Assembly (NCBI RefSeq): GCF_040938485.1
Contig: NW_027272204.1
Location: forward strand, 124,001 to 188,000
Source of the DNA: Diadema antillarum
Lineage: Eukaryota
Length of the DNA stretch: 64,000 nucleotides
Direction of reading: 5' to 3'
The translations under genes and the position numbers were made by a program. The notes under the pieces were generated by a model that saw only the letters and a program-made list of their open reading frames with translations, was not told the DNA's origin and did not search any database. This document shows, one piece after another, positions 38,464 to 52,500 of this stretch (positions are counted from its first letter, which is position 1; each line of letters begins with the position of its first letter).

Positions 38464-39544
38464 GGGTGGGATTTCACGGAGCACGCGAACGATCTGCGAA
38501 GGACGCGAATGGCAAAATCCAGCATTCGCATTTTGGTCTGCAAAAGATCGCCAAACGAACGTGAGGGTTCGGAAGCGTCGTCAATTGTTCGCGAATGTCG
38601 TTTTTACTTCGGCGAGAATTTCAAAAAAGTTTGAAATTTTCTGCGAACCTTTTCCGTACACTTGGTCGTGATTTGCTCGTGAATTGTTCTCGAAAGTGTC
38701 TTTAAAGCCTCGTCATATGCGCAAGACCTTCGCAAGACACGCGCGATGTTCGCAAAATGTTCGTGAAACCCCAAACAGACTCCGAAACTTTGGAGAATGT
38801 CTCGCGTATGTTACGCGAAATCTGCGAAGTTTTTCCGATCATTTTACGACGTAATCACAAACTGTTCGCGTACCTTTTGAGACATTCTCGCGAACGTTTA
38901 GCGCACGTTTGGGGGATGTATGACCTATACGTTTTCTGCAAATAAAAATCGTAGCATACACCTAAACATCAAACAATTATTAACAACTTTAGTAACAAAA
39001 GAAATTAAAGACTAGCAAAGAGAAAGAAATATTTGATATACACAACAACAAAAAAAATCGCAGAATACAGTTAAAATTAATCTAAAGTATGTACAATTTT
39101 ATTGGAAGTGTAGAGATTATGTGTTGGAGGAACTGCAAAAAAAAAAAAAAAAGATATGCTTTACTAGGGAGATACGTCCTAGGAAAAAATTTAGGCAAGC
39201 ACACAATAGAAAAATGAGAGAAAAAGAAAGGAGAAATAGAGGAAAGAAAAAAATTCAACTCAAGACAGCTTCCACCTCTCCTTGGGTACATTTTCTCCCA
39301 TGATTATTGAAAATTTTTCGTTGTTCGCATTTCCATCGCGTGTTCTTCGTGTACGTAACATGCTGTACTTTAGCAATGATACACACGACATTCGCACATA
39401 CGTCGTGGAAACTTCGCACAAATTGCGCAAGAATAGTTTTTGGCTTCATTGTCGGAAAACATTCGGAGAAAAACTTTTCCGAATGTTGGATTTTGTCATT
39501 CGCGTCCTTCGCAAATCGTTCGCGTACTCCGTGAAATCCCACCC
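38464..39544. mobile_element. PIF/Harbinger MITE with TTA TSD
   Basis: ~65-bp TIRs GGGTGGGATTTCACGGAG(C/T)ACGCGAACGAT...; TTA at 38461-38463 and 39545-39547; no transposase ORF. Confidence 0.88.
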
Positions 39545-39551
39545 TTACATT

Positions 39552-39661
39552 AGGCGTTTTCACATCAGCCCGATAAAAATCCAACCTCGAGATATTTTCC
39601 TATTTCCCAAGTCAGTAAATAGCGCGCTATTTCGAAACATCGGGCTGATGTGAAAACGCCT
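39552..39661. mobile_element. 110-bp internal-deletion derivative of the 9541-10019 family, ATT TSD
   Basis: Perfect 23-bp TIR AGGCGTTTTCACATCAGCCCGAT; ATT on both flanks. Confidence 0.85.
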
Positions 39662-40196
39662 ATTGTGTTACATGTTAGTCAACTGGTTTACTAGCTCAAA
39701 TCTATATGCACATCTTATATGATACAGATGAGATTTATGATAAAATATCAATTGGCAACCACGGATATCTTGCCCGAGGATTGCCGACGATTAGGCAACA
39801 ACGAATGCTTACAATATGGATTCACAACATGAAAATGAGTCAAATATGAACTACAGGTGAATGGAATAATTATTTTGTTAGCTATACATCCGAAGAAAAA
39901 ATAACAAATTTCAATATATTGGTAAACCGGCATGTATATTGCATGCATGTATGCATAAAACATCAGTCCAACTATTGTAGAAGGCTACAGAATAAAGATG
40001 ATAACATCTACTCTTTTATACACTTTATAATAGATGACAAGAGTGGATTTAAACTCTGTAAAAAGCAGCATAAAGATAAACAGCGTTGTGTAGTAACATT
40101 TGGTTTGCAACTGATTGACAAATTGCCCTACATCGACGTAAATAAGCACTGAATTGTTTTAGTAGTAGCCATGATAAAAAAAATGATGGGCTTACC

Positions 40197-40268
40197 TACT
40201 CGAGCAGGATTCGAACCTACGATCTCCTAATCTCGGGACAGGCGTCATCTCCACTAGACCACAGAGCT
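40197..40268 (-). pseudogene. tRNA-derived pseudogene or SINE head
   Basis: A-box TGGTCTAGTGG, B-box GGTTCGAATCC and a good T-stem; acceptor stem has 2 mismatches and the anticodon loop CCCGAGA is non-canonical. Confidence 0.65.
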
Positions 40269-40819
40269 TCCCCCCGACAGCAAGTGTTGGTTCTAAATCC
40301 TTATAGCATGCAGCGGGTACTGCGTATTTTTTTTTTAATTCGAATTCATGGATTTGAATAACATTTGGTTGTTCCCTGTTATGTTTGAAAGCTATGACAT
40401 TTAAAAAGGGAGACCATCCTCGTAGAACACTCGTAGACTATGAGAATAATATGGATTGACAATTCCCTTAAATTTGATATCATGCCAATGTATCCAAACA
40501 AGTGACATTTTCAGAGTGGTTATTCGCATGCTCTTTTCTCCTGTTGTACTCCTTTTTCATTTGACGTCCAGCAAATAATGTTCAGAAGCAAAATCAATCC
40601 GAGATGCGGTACACGATTAAACTGATTTTATGGAATGATAATTCATTCAAGAAATTTTGCCAAAACCCTTCACTTTCAACTCAGCCCTCGCTTTTGGTCT
40701 TTTTTGTCATATTACGAATTGTCTAGTTTCTAAAAAAAATGTCAGTATTCGAAGTTTTACTACTATCATTGCCTATGCATAAAACATTCTTAGCCACTAC
40801 GATTTTCTGCTAGTCGCTA

Positions 40820-43800
40820 TCACTCTGCTGACACAACATTTACACGGCCATCGGTAGATTCAGAGGTCATTTCTAAGGCGGGATTGTCCAGGCCGTTGTC
40901 GATGTGACCGTTGTTATTGCTCACGTCCGCGGTTGAGAGGTACTTCTGTCCCATTTCGACGACGGAGAGCTTCTCTTCGTCTTCCGGAGCCTCGACGCCG
41001 AGAATGCTGTCGCAGCGTGATCGACAGAGGAAGTACCGCACCACGTAGTATACCAATGAGGCGACCGTGCCTTCTATTAGCGTGACGAGGACCGTGACCA
41101 GCGTGACTCGGGAGATGAGGTCCGCCTCGGGCTGCGGGTAGTACAGACCGACGATGGTGCGTCCGAGGAGCGCGTTCTGGATGCCCGTCTCTAGTGAGAT
41201 GGTGATGGAGGTCCGAATGTCACGCCCGAAGATGCGGGCGAGGGACAGGCCGAAAAACGCCCCCAGTGTCGGTGTTACTATGGCAATTACCCATATCTTT
41301 TGGAAAGAAAGGCAGGCAGAGAAATAAGAAAGTGATCGAAGATATCGGAATGTTCAGTCTGTGACAATTATTTTGTATTCTTTTGAGGTTGACGCACTAA
41401 AGAAGGAGGATTTTTTAACTACTTGTGCTGTATGTTACAACAACGGAAAAAAACCCTTTTTTCTTTAAATCACAACCATACTTGGTTACATAAAACCTCT
41501 GAATGATAAGTATGACCTTTACACACGCTTAATTGTGATAATATCATATTTTGTCCTTCAGCGTTTCGCTTCGAATAGATCACTCCCATTTCTGTGAGGT
41601 ATTGCCTTGCAAGAAATCTTTAAGTTCAAGTTGAGAATAGTAAGAAGACTGAAGTTGAAGAAACGGAAGAGTTTTAAAAAGTTTAATTCTACGCGAACAA
41701 CAAATAAGAAGATTATGGCATTTCCATTTTGAGTATAATATCATGACGTATGCAAATAAGATAGGGCATTGGTGTAATCCCCCACAGCACTCCCGATTGG
41801 CTTGTTTATTTATTTTATTTTATGTATTTATTCTCCACTCATGGGATGGATTGCCCTGGTCAGCTAAAAGCTGATTTTCACAGGGGTCCATGTTACCAAC
41901 GAAACCATTCACACAAATCCAACCCTACCAATTCTTTCACTGTAAATATGTACCATCGCTTAATCACAATAATGTCTCTGACGAGAAAACTTCCATCGGT
42001 TGGGGAAAAATGGTAGATACAAATACCACAACAAAATTTAGCTTCAGTCAACCTTTATATTTGACTTGCTCAGTGATCAATCCCAAATCATCATAATTTT
42101 AATCAGACAGCGAAGATTTAAAGGAATGATTCGGCTTGAGGCAGCCCACATGTAGTGGAGACAAAAGCTATAGCCAGTCAAATATAAAGATAGGTTAACG
42201 CTTATTTCTTTGTTGTGACATTCCAATGTTATCATACAGTTAATTTTGATGTGCAGGACATAATATCTTATTTCTCCGTCCTGAAGTCTTGTATATACAA
42301 CAACAATATCAATAGCCAGATAAGGCAGTGAAATCATCACATCATCAAATCACATATTACATGTATTTTTACAATACTATATTTTTGAGAAAGCATGTAA
42401 AACATTAAATTTTCTATGGCTCTCAAATATATCAATATATTACAATTTACCTTGTTCTGTTTGTGCATGTGATTGTATATCCTCATTATCTTATTTTGAT
42501 ATAAATCTGGTGCGGACCTATAACATTATGACATCAAAGCCGTCAAAGAAATTATTGTGATGAGCAAAGTAATATGAGCAAAATAAATACACTCCTTTAC
42601 CTCTACAGGAGATGTCGTAAAGGCGTAGAGATCGGCTGGTACGGCGAGTGAAATGGCGACAATAATGAGTAGAGCAGATATTGGTTTCATCCCCTTCCCG
42701 CTGTAATCCTTGAACCTGGGCGGGGATAATAGACCGGAAGTTAGCTTCATTATTCCGTTTGATCTTTCGCATTGCTTGCGCTGTCGACCGTGTTTGGGTG
42801 TAAGTCATCTTTTAGGCGCCATCACACCATAACGCTGTTTTTGCACGCCATATTGTGAAGAGTTGCATAACGAAAGAAACTATTTGCATGTATCTTTTTT
42901 TCTGTCTAGGTTTTCATACGACCGTAATTGTATGGATGAGTCATGATGTGGTATTACTACATAGCTTTTAATTGTCTGTGTGTTCTTGTTGTTCCTCTTT
43001 TAAGACGGTTATAGGGAACGTCTGGCCATGTATCTCAAACTAAGTCTAGTATAGTAGCGGGCGCAACCAGAGAGCACATGTCCATTTAGTTCACACCTCT
43101 GAAATGATTAAGCAGGTCATAATTCCCTGTTTATGATTATATAGTTTCGTGTTAAGTTTTAAGAGAACAGATGTTGACTTATTTGAGGTTCGATATTTCT
43201 TAGGTATTTCAGACATAATGATAAAGGATACACAAGAAGATGATAAGCAGGCCTATTGATCAAATATGTGTCACTCCAAGAAGTAATAAGAAGCCCTCCA
43301 AACGGGGCCGTTACAAAGCACATCGGATCACGGGACCAAGCGGATCTTGCCTTTTTTTTTCTCGTTGTTTCTGTTTCTCATAAAAGCATTACAATTTGAT
43401 ACATGTTTCTTTCATTTCATGCTCAGTCAATAATCTACGGAAATACTGTATTGTATAGGTCATTTATGCCAACGTAGAATCCCCGACTCCTTGTGTGACA
43501 AGGATTATGTTGACAGAGGAACTCAAGATGAATGCTTTTGTGCGTTTATGTCACAATATGATTTCATCTTACTCTGCATAATATATATAAATGCTTTGTG
43601 ATTACGCATAAGCATATAGAATCAATACTAAAATACTCAGTATAAAGTCATTCAATTCAATCTGGCGGCCGATTTGAGACCTCTTTTCTGTATCATCGAT
43701 GCTTGTCATGGATCTTTAAATCTTTAAACTATGAATGCTTTTGTGTGTCATGTCATATTATATAATCTTACTCTGCATAATGTATAAAGACACTAGACGC

Positions 43801-46800
43801 ATAATCACACAGAATCAATATTCTAATACTCAGTATATTATGTCATTCAGTTCAATCTTGCGGCCGATTTTGGACTTCTTTTCTGTATCATCGATGCTTG
43901 TCATGGATCTTTTAATCTGTAAATTATGTCCTCTGCTCTGTCGTATTTCTTATGGTTCAATTTGATTTGCAGTTGCACTGCTAGTGTAAAGGCCTAGACC
44001 ATAAAATCTGTGTAAGTGGTAGACCTAATAGGGAAAGGAGCTAGGGGTGTAGTGTGTTTGATGGCTGAAAAACAATGTGCATTGTGCATTGTAAATGTGC
44101 ATTCAAACGTTGTAACAATAGAGCAAATATGACCATGACCTTTGTTATTTACACCTCTGACATATAGTGAAATACTCAACATTATCATGGCTTGAACAGC
44201 TGTTGAAGTTTGAGCTAACGACGAGACGTTTCTACTCTATAAAAGCACAATCAGAGCATGAGGCCACGCGCTATGTGGAAAGGTATGCGCAACAGAAAAA
44301 AAAATCCAAATACAACCAAACTCAAGGTAAAATTAATTAGAGAAACATTTGCAAGCCAAGAAATATCAAACTTCTGTCGAACTTCCATTAAACGTGTATC
44401 CTTGTTATTGTCTTTGTCTATGTCTTTTATACATGTTCGATAATATTTTCGAAATTTAGTGGTTATCATGATGATGAGGAAGATAATAATATAGTGATGA
44501 GAAGAATGACGATAATGATAAAATGTTACTTCTAGAGTAGAGATAGGGAGCAAGTCCTCGGAGTGAAACCGCAATCAGCTTCTTTTTTTTTTTCATTCAA
44601 TTAAAGACACTTTGACATAATGCTATAAAACTAGACAACTGACACCGGTAAACATTTAATCAAATTGCATGAATTACATGACATAATCATATACGATCGT
44701 TCCATGTAATTTCAGTGATTAATTTAATTTGAACGGGCCTCAGAATAGCTCTTTGGCCAAGTCGCCATGACGTCACTTAAAATAAGATGACGTCAAATTG
44801 AGATGTAGTAAATGACTGAAATGATTACCAGGAATACCATAGGAAGGATGTAATAGCCTTCCTGTTAGGATGTGAAGAAATATGTATGAAAAATATACTT
44901 GATGCATGAATAGAGTCTTTGTTTCCCTAGAAAATGAAACGTTATTTTTACAACATTTCTTGCGCATAAAACTCGGAGTGATTCAAAGAAGCATGTCATG
45001 TTGTTAATGGGTTTTTTTTGTCTGTTCTGTCATGTTTCTCCTGTCTGGCTTACGTATACTTTATTTGTGCATTTAAGAAAGTCTAAGTTTTTGCTACGAT
45101 TGCATGGGTTGTCCATAGGATACTATAGTGCTGTTTTGTAATAGACCCTTCAGTTTGTTATTCTCAGAACATTGACAATGCAACAAATTTGGTCTGAAAG
45201 TATATACGTATGTATGCTTTCAATTCGTTATTAACGTGTCATTTTCATCTTACTGTCATCCAAAGTTTAGGATTATTTGTGATTGACCTATACTTTGTTC
45301 TATGGAAAATGAATTGAAAATGAATTGACTGGAAATATCATTTACAGTTGGGCACGACGGCAACACCTATCTTACGACTGCCTTACTAAATCGTCGTAAC
45401 TATTTCGAAATGCAATTGCGCTTGAATGTTCTCACGATCATAACGATCGCAGTAAAGATCCTTCATTCATTGAAACGATTCCCTCCAAAATGTCTAACTC
45501 TAATTTGAGCGAAAATAATGTACTAGATGATAGAAACTGGGAATTCTAATGAAATATAAGATAACAACAACGAAAGGGGTTGAAAAACAAAGAAGAAATA
45601 TCCACTTACTTTGGATATTTATACGATATTCCTATCCCGAGAAAGCACGGTATGATCAGGAGGATGAGCTGAATCGCCAAGTCTTGGTACGGAGTACTCA
45701 GGCGAGAGTTTTCGTCCGTGAACGGCGTGGAGTAGATGAAGAGGTTGAGCGGCATCATTCCCAGGGCGATGATGGAGGAGAAGAACGTCATCGTCACGCT
45801 CAGGATGAAATCGACGTCGAGGAGGACGCTGAAGATGTTGCTGAGCCAGCCTCCAGGACAGGTGCCGACAAGCACGATGCCGATGGCTATGCTGGCATCA
45901 TCGCCTGGGTGGGTAAAACAATCACAAAATCCGTCGTCACTGATGTCTGAAGAGTTGCTTGCGTGATATTTCTGCAACTAATGATAGCTGATGACAAGTT
46001 CTTACTGCTGATGGGTTTAACTTGTGAAAAGTGCCTGGTATTCGAAGACAAGTATCTGACAATAATTATTTTTAAAGAATACCTAAATGAAGGAAAGTTG
46101 TATGCCTTTGGACAACTTCATATCGTGCTTCATATCGTGATGGTTATGTGATAATGCTTTTAAGATCTGGCACGATGGTCCTCAGGACATATTAGTTGTG
46201 CATCTGAACATTTTTGATGGACAAAGTAATTCATCATCATTATCATCATAACAATTTCTACTATTGCCATGATAATCATGACCAGTAATTTTAGTACCTT
46301 CTTCATTGGTGGCAAATGTCAGAACTAGCTGGGACTGTGGGAAGTAGGTGATGCTGCGATGATTATTAGTAACGGAATAAATACTCTTAATTATTATTTC
46401 TTGGAGATGACAGGAAGTATGTGTCATTGCTACTTTCATTGTCGTGGGTATGTTGAGTGTGTTTTCTTTTTCTCGCCAGCAGAATTATAATACTGTTATT
46501 ATAATATGCTATTCAAAAACAATTATCCGAGCACACCCGCCATAAACACACACACACGCACACATACACATACGCTTTAGTTGTCATAGTACACTGTATA
46601 GATGCTGCTTGTCACTCTATACCTGGCAACAGCCTTGCTATGAAGTAAGTCATTGCTGGCATCACGATGAACTGGGAAAAGATTCCAATGATGACGCCCC
46701 ATGGTCTGCGCACTCGCTGCCAGATCGCTGGGACGTCCATGCTCCCGCCCATGGACAGGTAGCTGAGGACTACCCACGCCATCAGCACGTAGATGTAGAT

Positions 46801-47229
46801 CGTCTGCAATATCACGGGCACTCGCTTGACCCCAATCGTCTGCGCACCAACTAGTAAGGGTGTGCTGACGTCCGGAGTCGTCCGGAACTCGATAAGGAGA
46901 TCGCTGATGGAGATCGCCTTACCCAGCAAGGGCACCGTTATGTTGAACGGTTCAAAATCATCCGAGGTCTCGACCTGGTAATCTCGGTCGACAACCACCT
47001 CAAAGTAGCCATCGTTTTGTGCCGAAAAGGAGAGTCTGCCGTCCGTTTTCACATCGTTAACCAAAATCGTGACGTTGATCTCCTCGCCCTCGAATACGTA
47101 CACAGTGTCTTCGAAGTAGGTGATATTTACCAACCCATCACTGTCACATTGCCCACGGGTCGTAGTTGGTAAAAGGGCGATCACGACTAGGAAGATTGTC
47201 ACGATGGTAAAAGATAATCGAGTCGTCAT
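40820..47229 (-). CDS. SLC10-family Na+/bile-acid (steroid) symporter-like protein, paralog A, 4 coding exons, 497 aa
   Basis: Exons (minus): 47229-46623, 45904-45610, 42715-42601, 41296-40820 (1494 bp). Signal peptide MTTRLSFTIVTIFLVVIALLPTTTRG, then an ectodomain, then SBF-domain motifs MLSYLSMG-like LSMGGSM, SQFIVMP, GTCPGGWLSN, LSVTMT, MMPLNL, LETGIQN. Orthology within SLC10 cannot be assigned. Confidence 0.93.
43528..43925. repeat. Two-copy tandem duplication, ~203-bp period
   Basis: ATGAATGCTTTTGTG at 43528 and 43731; both units end CTTTTCTGTATCATCGATGCTTGTCATGGATCTTT. Confidence 0.85.
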
Positions 47230-47355
47230 GTCTGCCAAATTTTGCAACAGAACTGCCCTGCATTGAAATATGACAGAAAAAAAAAGAAATCTTGATCATA
47301 TTCATCACTAACTCTTGTACCTATATAGCAATTATAAATGCCACGAATTAGAGCA

Positions 47356-47514
47356 CAGTCAAACCTGTTTTAGCGGCCACCTGCCGTATGTGGCCCCTAA
47401 AAACAATTCCTTCCGAGAGGAAGACATGCTGGAAACCCCGTCTACAGCGGCCGCCAGTCAATAAGGGCCACTTTTTTCGTCTCCCTTGGATGACGCTATG
47501 GACAGGTTTGACTG
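47356..47514. mobile_element. Tigger-like MITE just upstream of the SLC10-A coding start
   Basis: Perfect 13-bp TIR CAGTCAAACCTGT/ACAGGTTTGACTG|TA. Confidence 0.8.
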
Positions 47515-48512
47515 TATTAATATGACAGACACCTTCTTTCTCAACATGATTGAATAAAACACTACCTATCTGTATGCTGGGGGGAGGGGGTATACCCAGA
47601 TACGAGATATTTTAATCTCATACCAGAATGATTATGCTCAGCCATACATATAGCTTTCCATCACATATCTAATAGCCATCTAGACTTCATTTTCTTCACG
47701 TCGGGAATGAATTATCTGAAAGCATCGTATCTCAAAATATTATGGAAGGCAAATAACTTAGGATGATCATGAAGACATGGATACGTTGGAAGCGGTTCAA
47801 ATGTTGCAAAATTGTTGACACCTTCAACACTAAAAACGAATTCCCTTGACTAAACAGACACCAATACTGTAATCTGTTACTGATAGTTACATGCATCATC
47901 ACACTATCAAACAATATTCCTCGATACGAACATTTTACCATTAAAAGCAACACGAATGAAAGAAATGATACACATTTAAGGTGTCACATCACTGTACCTT
48001 TCAAGTAAATATTCTCATAAATGATGAGAACTCCAGGTGAAATTAGAGCACCAGAAACCACTTTTCGTCACCGAAATTGAACATTACTAGAAATATCGCC
48101 ACGGAAACGCGACCTTTATTTGCCACTCGATTTCTCCGATGCAAAGAACTTGAGAGGATGTCAACTCCTAACTATGATTTGTCTCCAGAGTATAAGTTTC
48201 TCAGTTAAAGTTAATGTCGAATGGGAAAGCCGTATCTCACACAATATGACCGCCTTGGTGAAGTTTGCTCCTTTATATGATATTCATGGTAATAAGATTT
48301 GTCAGCTGTGTAGTTGATTTTTTTTTCTTGTTTACTCGAGAGATATTTTAGGTGGCTCTTAAAAGTGCTGAGTTTCTATGGCTTTGTCTTGTGGCAAGAA
48401 AAGTAAATAGGCGGCAAGATTAAATCTACTTTTATAGTGTCAATTCACTAAATATTGCATTCCTACTCTCCAACATACGAGCACAAATTTTGCGCGCGAG
48501 ACAGAGACACAG

Positions 48513-48554
<42 letters not shown>

Positions 48555-49049
48555 GCACGCACGAGTGCAAAAAAACCCCATAAAAAACATATTTCGATCA
48601 CCTAGCAACATTGCAAAATCTCATTAAACTCAGCAATATGCCACCGTTATTTACCTAATCCGTTTCCTTTGGCCTTGCAATGTAGATGGGACACAAGAAT
48701 TATTTTCCTTAAGTTTGTAGACGTTGCCTTTTTTTTTGGGGGGGGGGGTGTTGTTTCCTGGAGGAGAACAGTTTTCATGTCAAAATGTATACATTACTGA
48801 TCGTCTTTTAGCAATTACTATTCTACTACTGTTTGCTTAAGAACGAAAGTTTTTCGGTGAACAACTTTTGTTGTTTTTTTTTTTAATCTGGAATGCTATA
48901 AACGATGGGACTAAACTACATATTATCTGACTGTTTCATCTGTTTTACTTCCCCATTTGTGCACATTAAATCATAATCATACCAAATCGAAAATGCGTTT
49001 TCATCAAAAAGGTATAGTCCTTAAAGAGTACATACTTAAACGGAAGTTT

Positions 49050-49500
49050 ATATCATTACGTGTCTACAAGGTCCCCTTCATTTTCTATTGTATCTTAAGG
49101 AACAAGCGGAGGAGACCATCATCAACAGGTAGTCTGCTTGACTGGGATGACGGCCTCGGGGTGATATGATATCTTGTAATTCTGTCTCTCTCACTCACTC
49201 TTTTTAAACAGTAACCAAAAGACAAAAGATTCATTTGCTTTCATTCATAAATAAGATTATGAATGACGTGGTCCCGGAATGTAAGAAGATAATGTTCAAG
49301 AACAAGACATCGCCCTTCTCTCATCGTAATCAAAACGATTTACAGCTACCACAGTCTAAAACAAATTATTGTAAGAGATCATTCTCATACAGAGCTGCAG
49401 CAGCTTATAATGACACATCTGATTATTTTCGACAACTTTCCCCTTATCCTCTGCTTTTTAAAGTTCAGATTAAACAGAACCGAAATCCATTTCACATGAT
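49050..49500 (+). mobile_element. Decayed L2/CR1-clade LINE, ORF2 3' end
   Basis: Translation ...LQLPQSKTNYCKRSFSYRAAAAYN...LFKVQIK resembles the conserved LINE ORF2 C-terminus (LxLPxxRT..KRSFSY.A..WN.LP...FK..LK). Confidence 0.7.
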
Positions 49501-52500
49501 TTTTACAGTGTTGTTATGATTACTCCAAACCTATTAATAATCACGTAAAATATGCATTGGTTTTCACACGGATATAAAACAAGCAAAACAAAATTAACAT
49601 GAAAAAACACTCACAATAAGAATTGATTGAAAAAGTATCATATGCATGGAAGAAAGAAATAAGAAGGGTTTTTGTGTTAAGTGACAAAATAACGGTACTT
49701 GAGTAAAATGTTGTTTCACAATAAGCTAAATTAGAAACGAATGCTAAATTTCGAACGTCATTACCATGATAACCACTGCAATATACCATTGATTCCCCCT
49801 CAATTTCCACCATAAAATCTTTTTAAGGAAAAATGAAATGAAATTAAATAAATTGAAAAACAAAAGTTAAGGAAAAAGAGAAGAAAATAGGGTGGAGGAC
49901 TTCAAGCCCAATGGTCTAATCCAACACAGCCCTGGAGTTCAAAGTACGGACGTGATGAAGGGGCCATAAAGTGATAAAAGTTTATTTGATATTTAATAAA
50001 CCAGGAGCTACTCCTCCGATAAGAAACGATCAACATGCAATCAATTTATGTCAGACTGCTATCGTTATGAAGAATTTGAGCGTGTCCATACAAAGAAATT
50101 AGGATACAATGTTCACAGAGTAACATCGTAATACTGAACCCGAATGAAAGAATATCTGCTGTTTTGTGTGAATGAGGACTGCACGATTATGTTTTGTCAA
50201 ATTGTAGTTGTAAAATAAAGCTTTCAAAATTAGCAAATGAGCAAAATACAATACAGCAGAATCTCAATACACATAAAGATAAAGGCCATGTGTCCAATGC
50301 TTATGCCTGAAAGATATTGTGATGCATTTATGTAAACACTCAAACATCAAAGTAAACACACTTTCAAGAAATGATTGGATAAATGAAATCAACAACCATT
50401 GTGCTTGCGCATTGTGACAACAGCTATATATGAAACATTGATACACCACGAGCGTATATTTTTGGCATGGTGATTTGAAACAATGGAAAGTTCATCCGCA
50501 CTATGTCATAGACTTCTAGAACACTTGAATCATAGATGAATTACAGTTAAAATCGAAAAGCGATGTAAACCCGAAATCTGAATAGCTATAGTATTCGCAT
50601 CAAGACCATTTCATTCAATGATGACGCAATTTTATGATTGTTCCGTCAAGAATGACCTCTTATTTTTTTTTCACTATAGGTCATTAGTTCGGTAATATCG
50701 AAGGATCAGCTACCTGTTTTAGGTCGGCTCTTATTGTTTGACTATCGTATCATGTTATAACGATTTTCCTCTTCTATCAGATCCCCTGTTAGCGCAGGTC
50801 GATGACCCGATACTCCTATTTTTGCATCCGTGATATTCATATTCCAAACACCTTGAATATGTAAACACATTATTTCCTCCCAATTGCACAATCTATGTTC
50901 CTTGTGCCATTGCAACAAAGCCATTAGGCGCCGATTAGAGCGCATGCTTCCATCGAACAATGGGAATGGCGGGACTATTTTTGGTCTTTATTTCAAGCAC
51001 CTGATGGAAAGACTGCTGGCGCCTGTTGCCATAAAACTGGGCGTTTTTACTCCAAACTGGTACCTTCTGCGCAGAAACGAGATTTAGAGCTCTCACCTTA
51101 AAGTCGTGACACGCCTAATTTGGTTGCCTATGCAACACAGGACTCTCTGGAATGGAGTTTAATAAGGCTGGTTCGGCGAACTATATTCATCGTGGATCAA
51201 AGTCCGGTAGTCAGCCTTGTGGAATGTGAGATGACTAAACCTGCCATGATACATCCATAAAGTTTATACGCAATTGACCACTCAAGTGGCAATGAGAAAT
51301 ACTAAAATCTTACCACATCCATGATTTCCATGGTATTTTATAACTAAGAAATATGAAGCTAAAAATTTATACCACAGCTGTTTTCGAATGAAGCTCCCAA
51401 TGCATTTACAGGACAGGCAAGAGTTCAAATGTTGACTTCAATCCAACAAAATGTTGTTGATCATTTCAGATCAACGCAGTAATATTACAGTGTAATGAAA
51501 TGGGTAACGAACCTTTCTCGCAGCTTAAACATTATGTCTGAATGGTTCATATCATGGCAAAAAACACGAACAAACAATCTATGCGTGAGTAAACGATTTA
51601 GCGCATTACCATAAGCTTGCACAACCTCCTACAAACTAATAATTAAAAACAACAACAACAACGACGGCAGCAGCAACAACAACCTGCAGTGTTTTTTTTC
51701 CTGCGTGATTATGTTAAAATATACTCAAAGGATACTGCTTTTTAATACAAAGTGACGAATGCTTTTCCGGTCGTGACCGCTGGGGCATAGTCCTTTGACA
51801 CTTTGTAGCAAAAATCGGGAGTTGCACAACAGCAAGTATGTCTATTTTTCCCTCAGATCAAAATGTTATGATAGGTTTGAAAAAATTAAAGAAATACCTC
51901 TTAGGACAAACGTGTCCTACAACGCCTTATGACAACATACTCCTGGCGTTCGTTTTCACAGCTTTTACAACAAAATGTTGTGATAGTTTTTTTTTTTTGG
52001 AAAAGGTACCTCTGTGGACAAACATGTGCTACAACGCCTTACACCAAACTCCTGGCGTTCATTTTCACAGCTTTCTGAATAAATTTCCTCAAGCGGCGCC
52101 AGTGCAAGAAACGTGAAAATAGTATTGTGCGGTATATAATTTACGTTTATGATCATTTCTGCTTTGAATCTCGAAAAAGTCTCTTTTTGTTGGATTACTT
52201 TGACCGCTCTTGTTTTCACGAAAGGAGCATTTGAGGGAAGACTTTTGTTAGACATGAAGAACAAATATAATGGTAACACTTGTTAGAAAGATTATTGGCA
52301 CCTAGATGTTGTCAAGAAAACTTGTAACACTCCAGGTACATCTGATCAAAGAGAAAACAGTCGATTGCATCGTTTTACTGAACAATTGGCTTATAGCTTT
52401 AAAAGCTCAGATTCCCAGTAAACCTGTGCATTTTACTTAATCTGAGCCCTTGATGTGTTTCGAAAATTAGTCCTTGGCCGGTTGCGCACCACAAGGTAGA

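Noticed and set aside
39255-39653. 109-123 aa ORFs in the Harbinger MITE
   Set aside because: They span TIR sequence of two adjacent MITEs; no DDE or Myb/SANT motifs.
40197-40268. Functional tRNA gene
   Set aside because: Mismatched acceptor and anticodon stems and no U33; kept only as a tRNA-derived element.
45549-45966. Antisense ORFs over SLC10 exons (also 46577-46854, 53336-53584, 54477-54737, 57503-57721)
   Set aside because: Expected shadows of GC-rich codon usage on the opposite strand.
50742-51087. Overlapping 67-72 aa ORFs between the SLC10 genes
   Set aside because: No recognisable domain; possibly decayed repeat.
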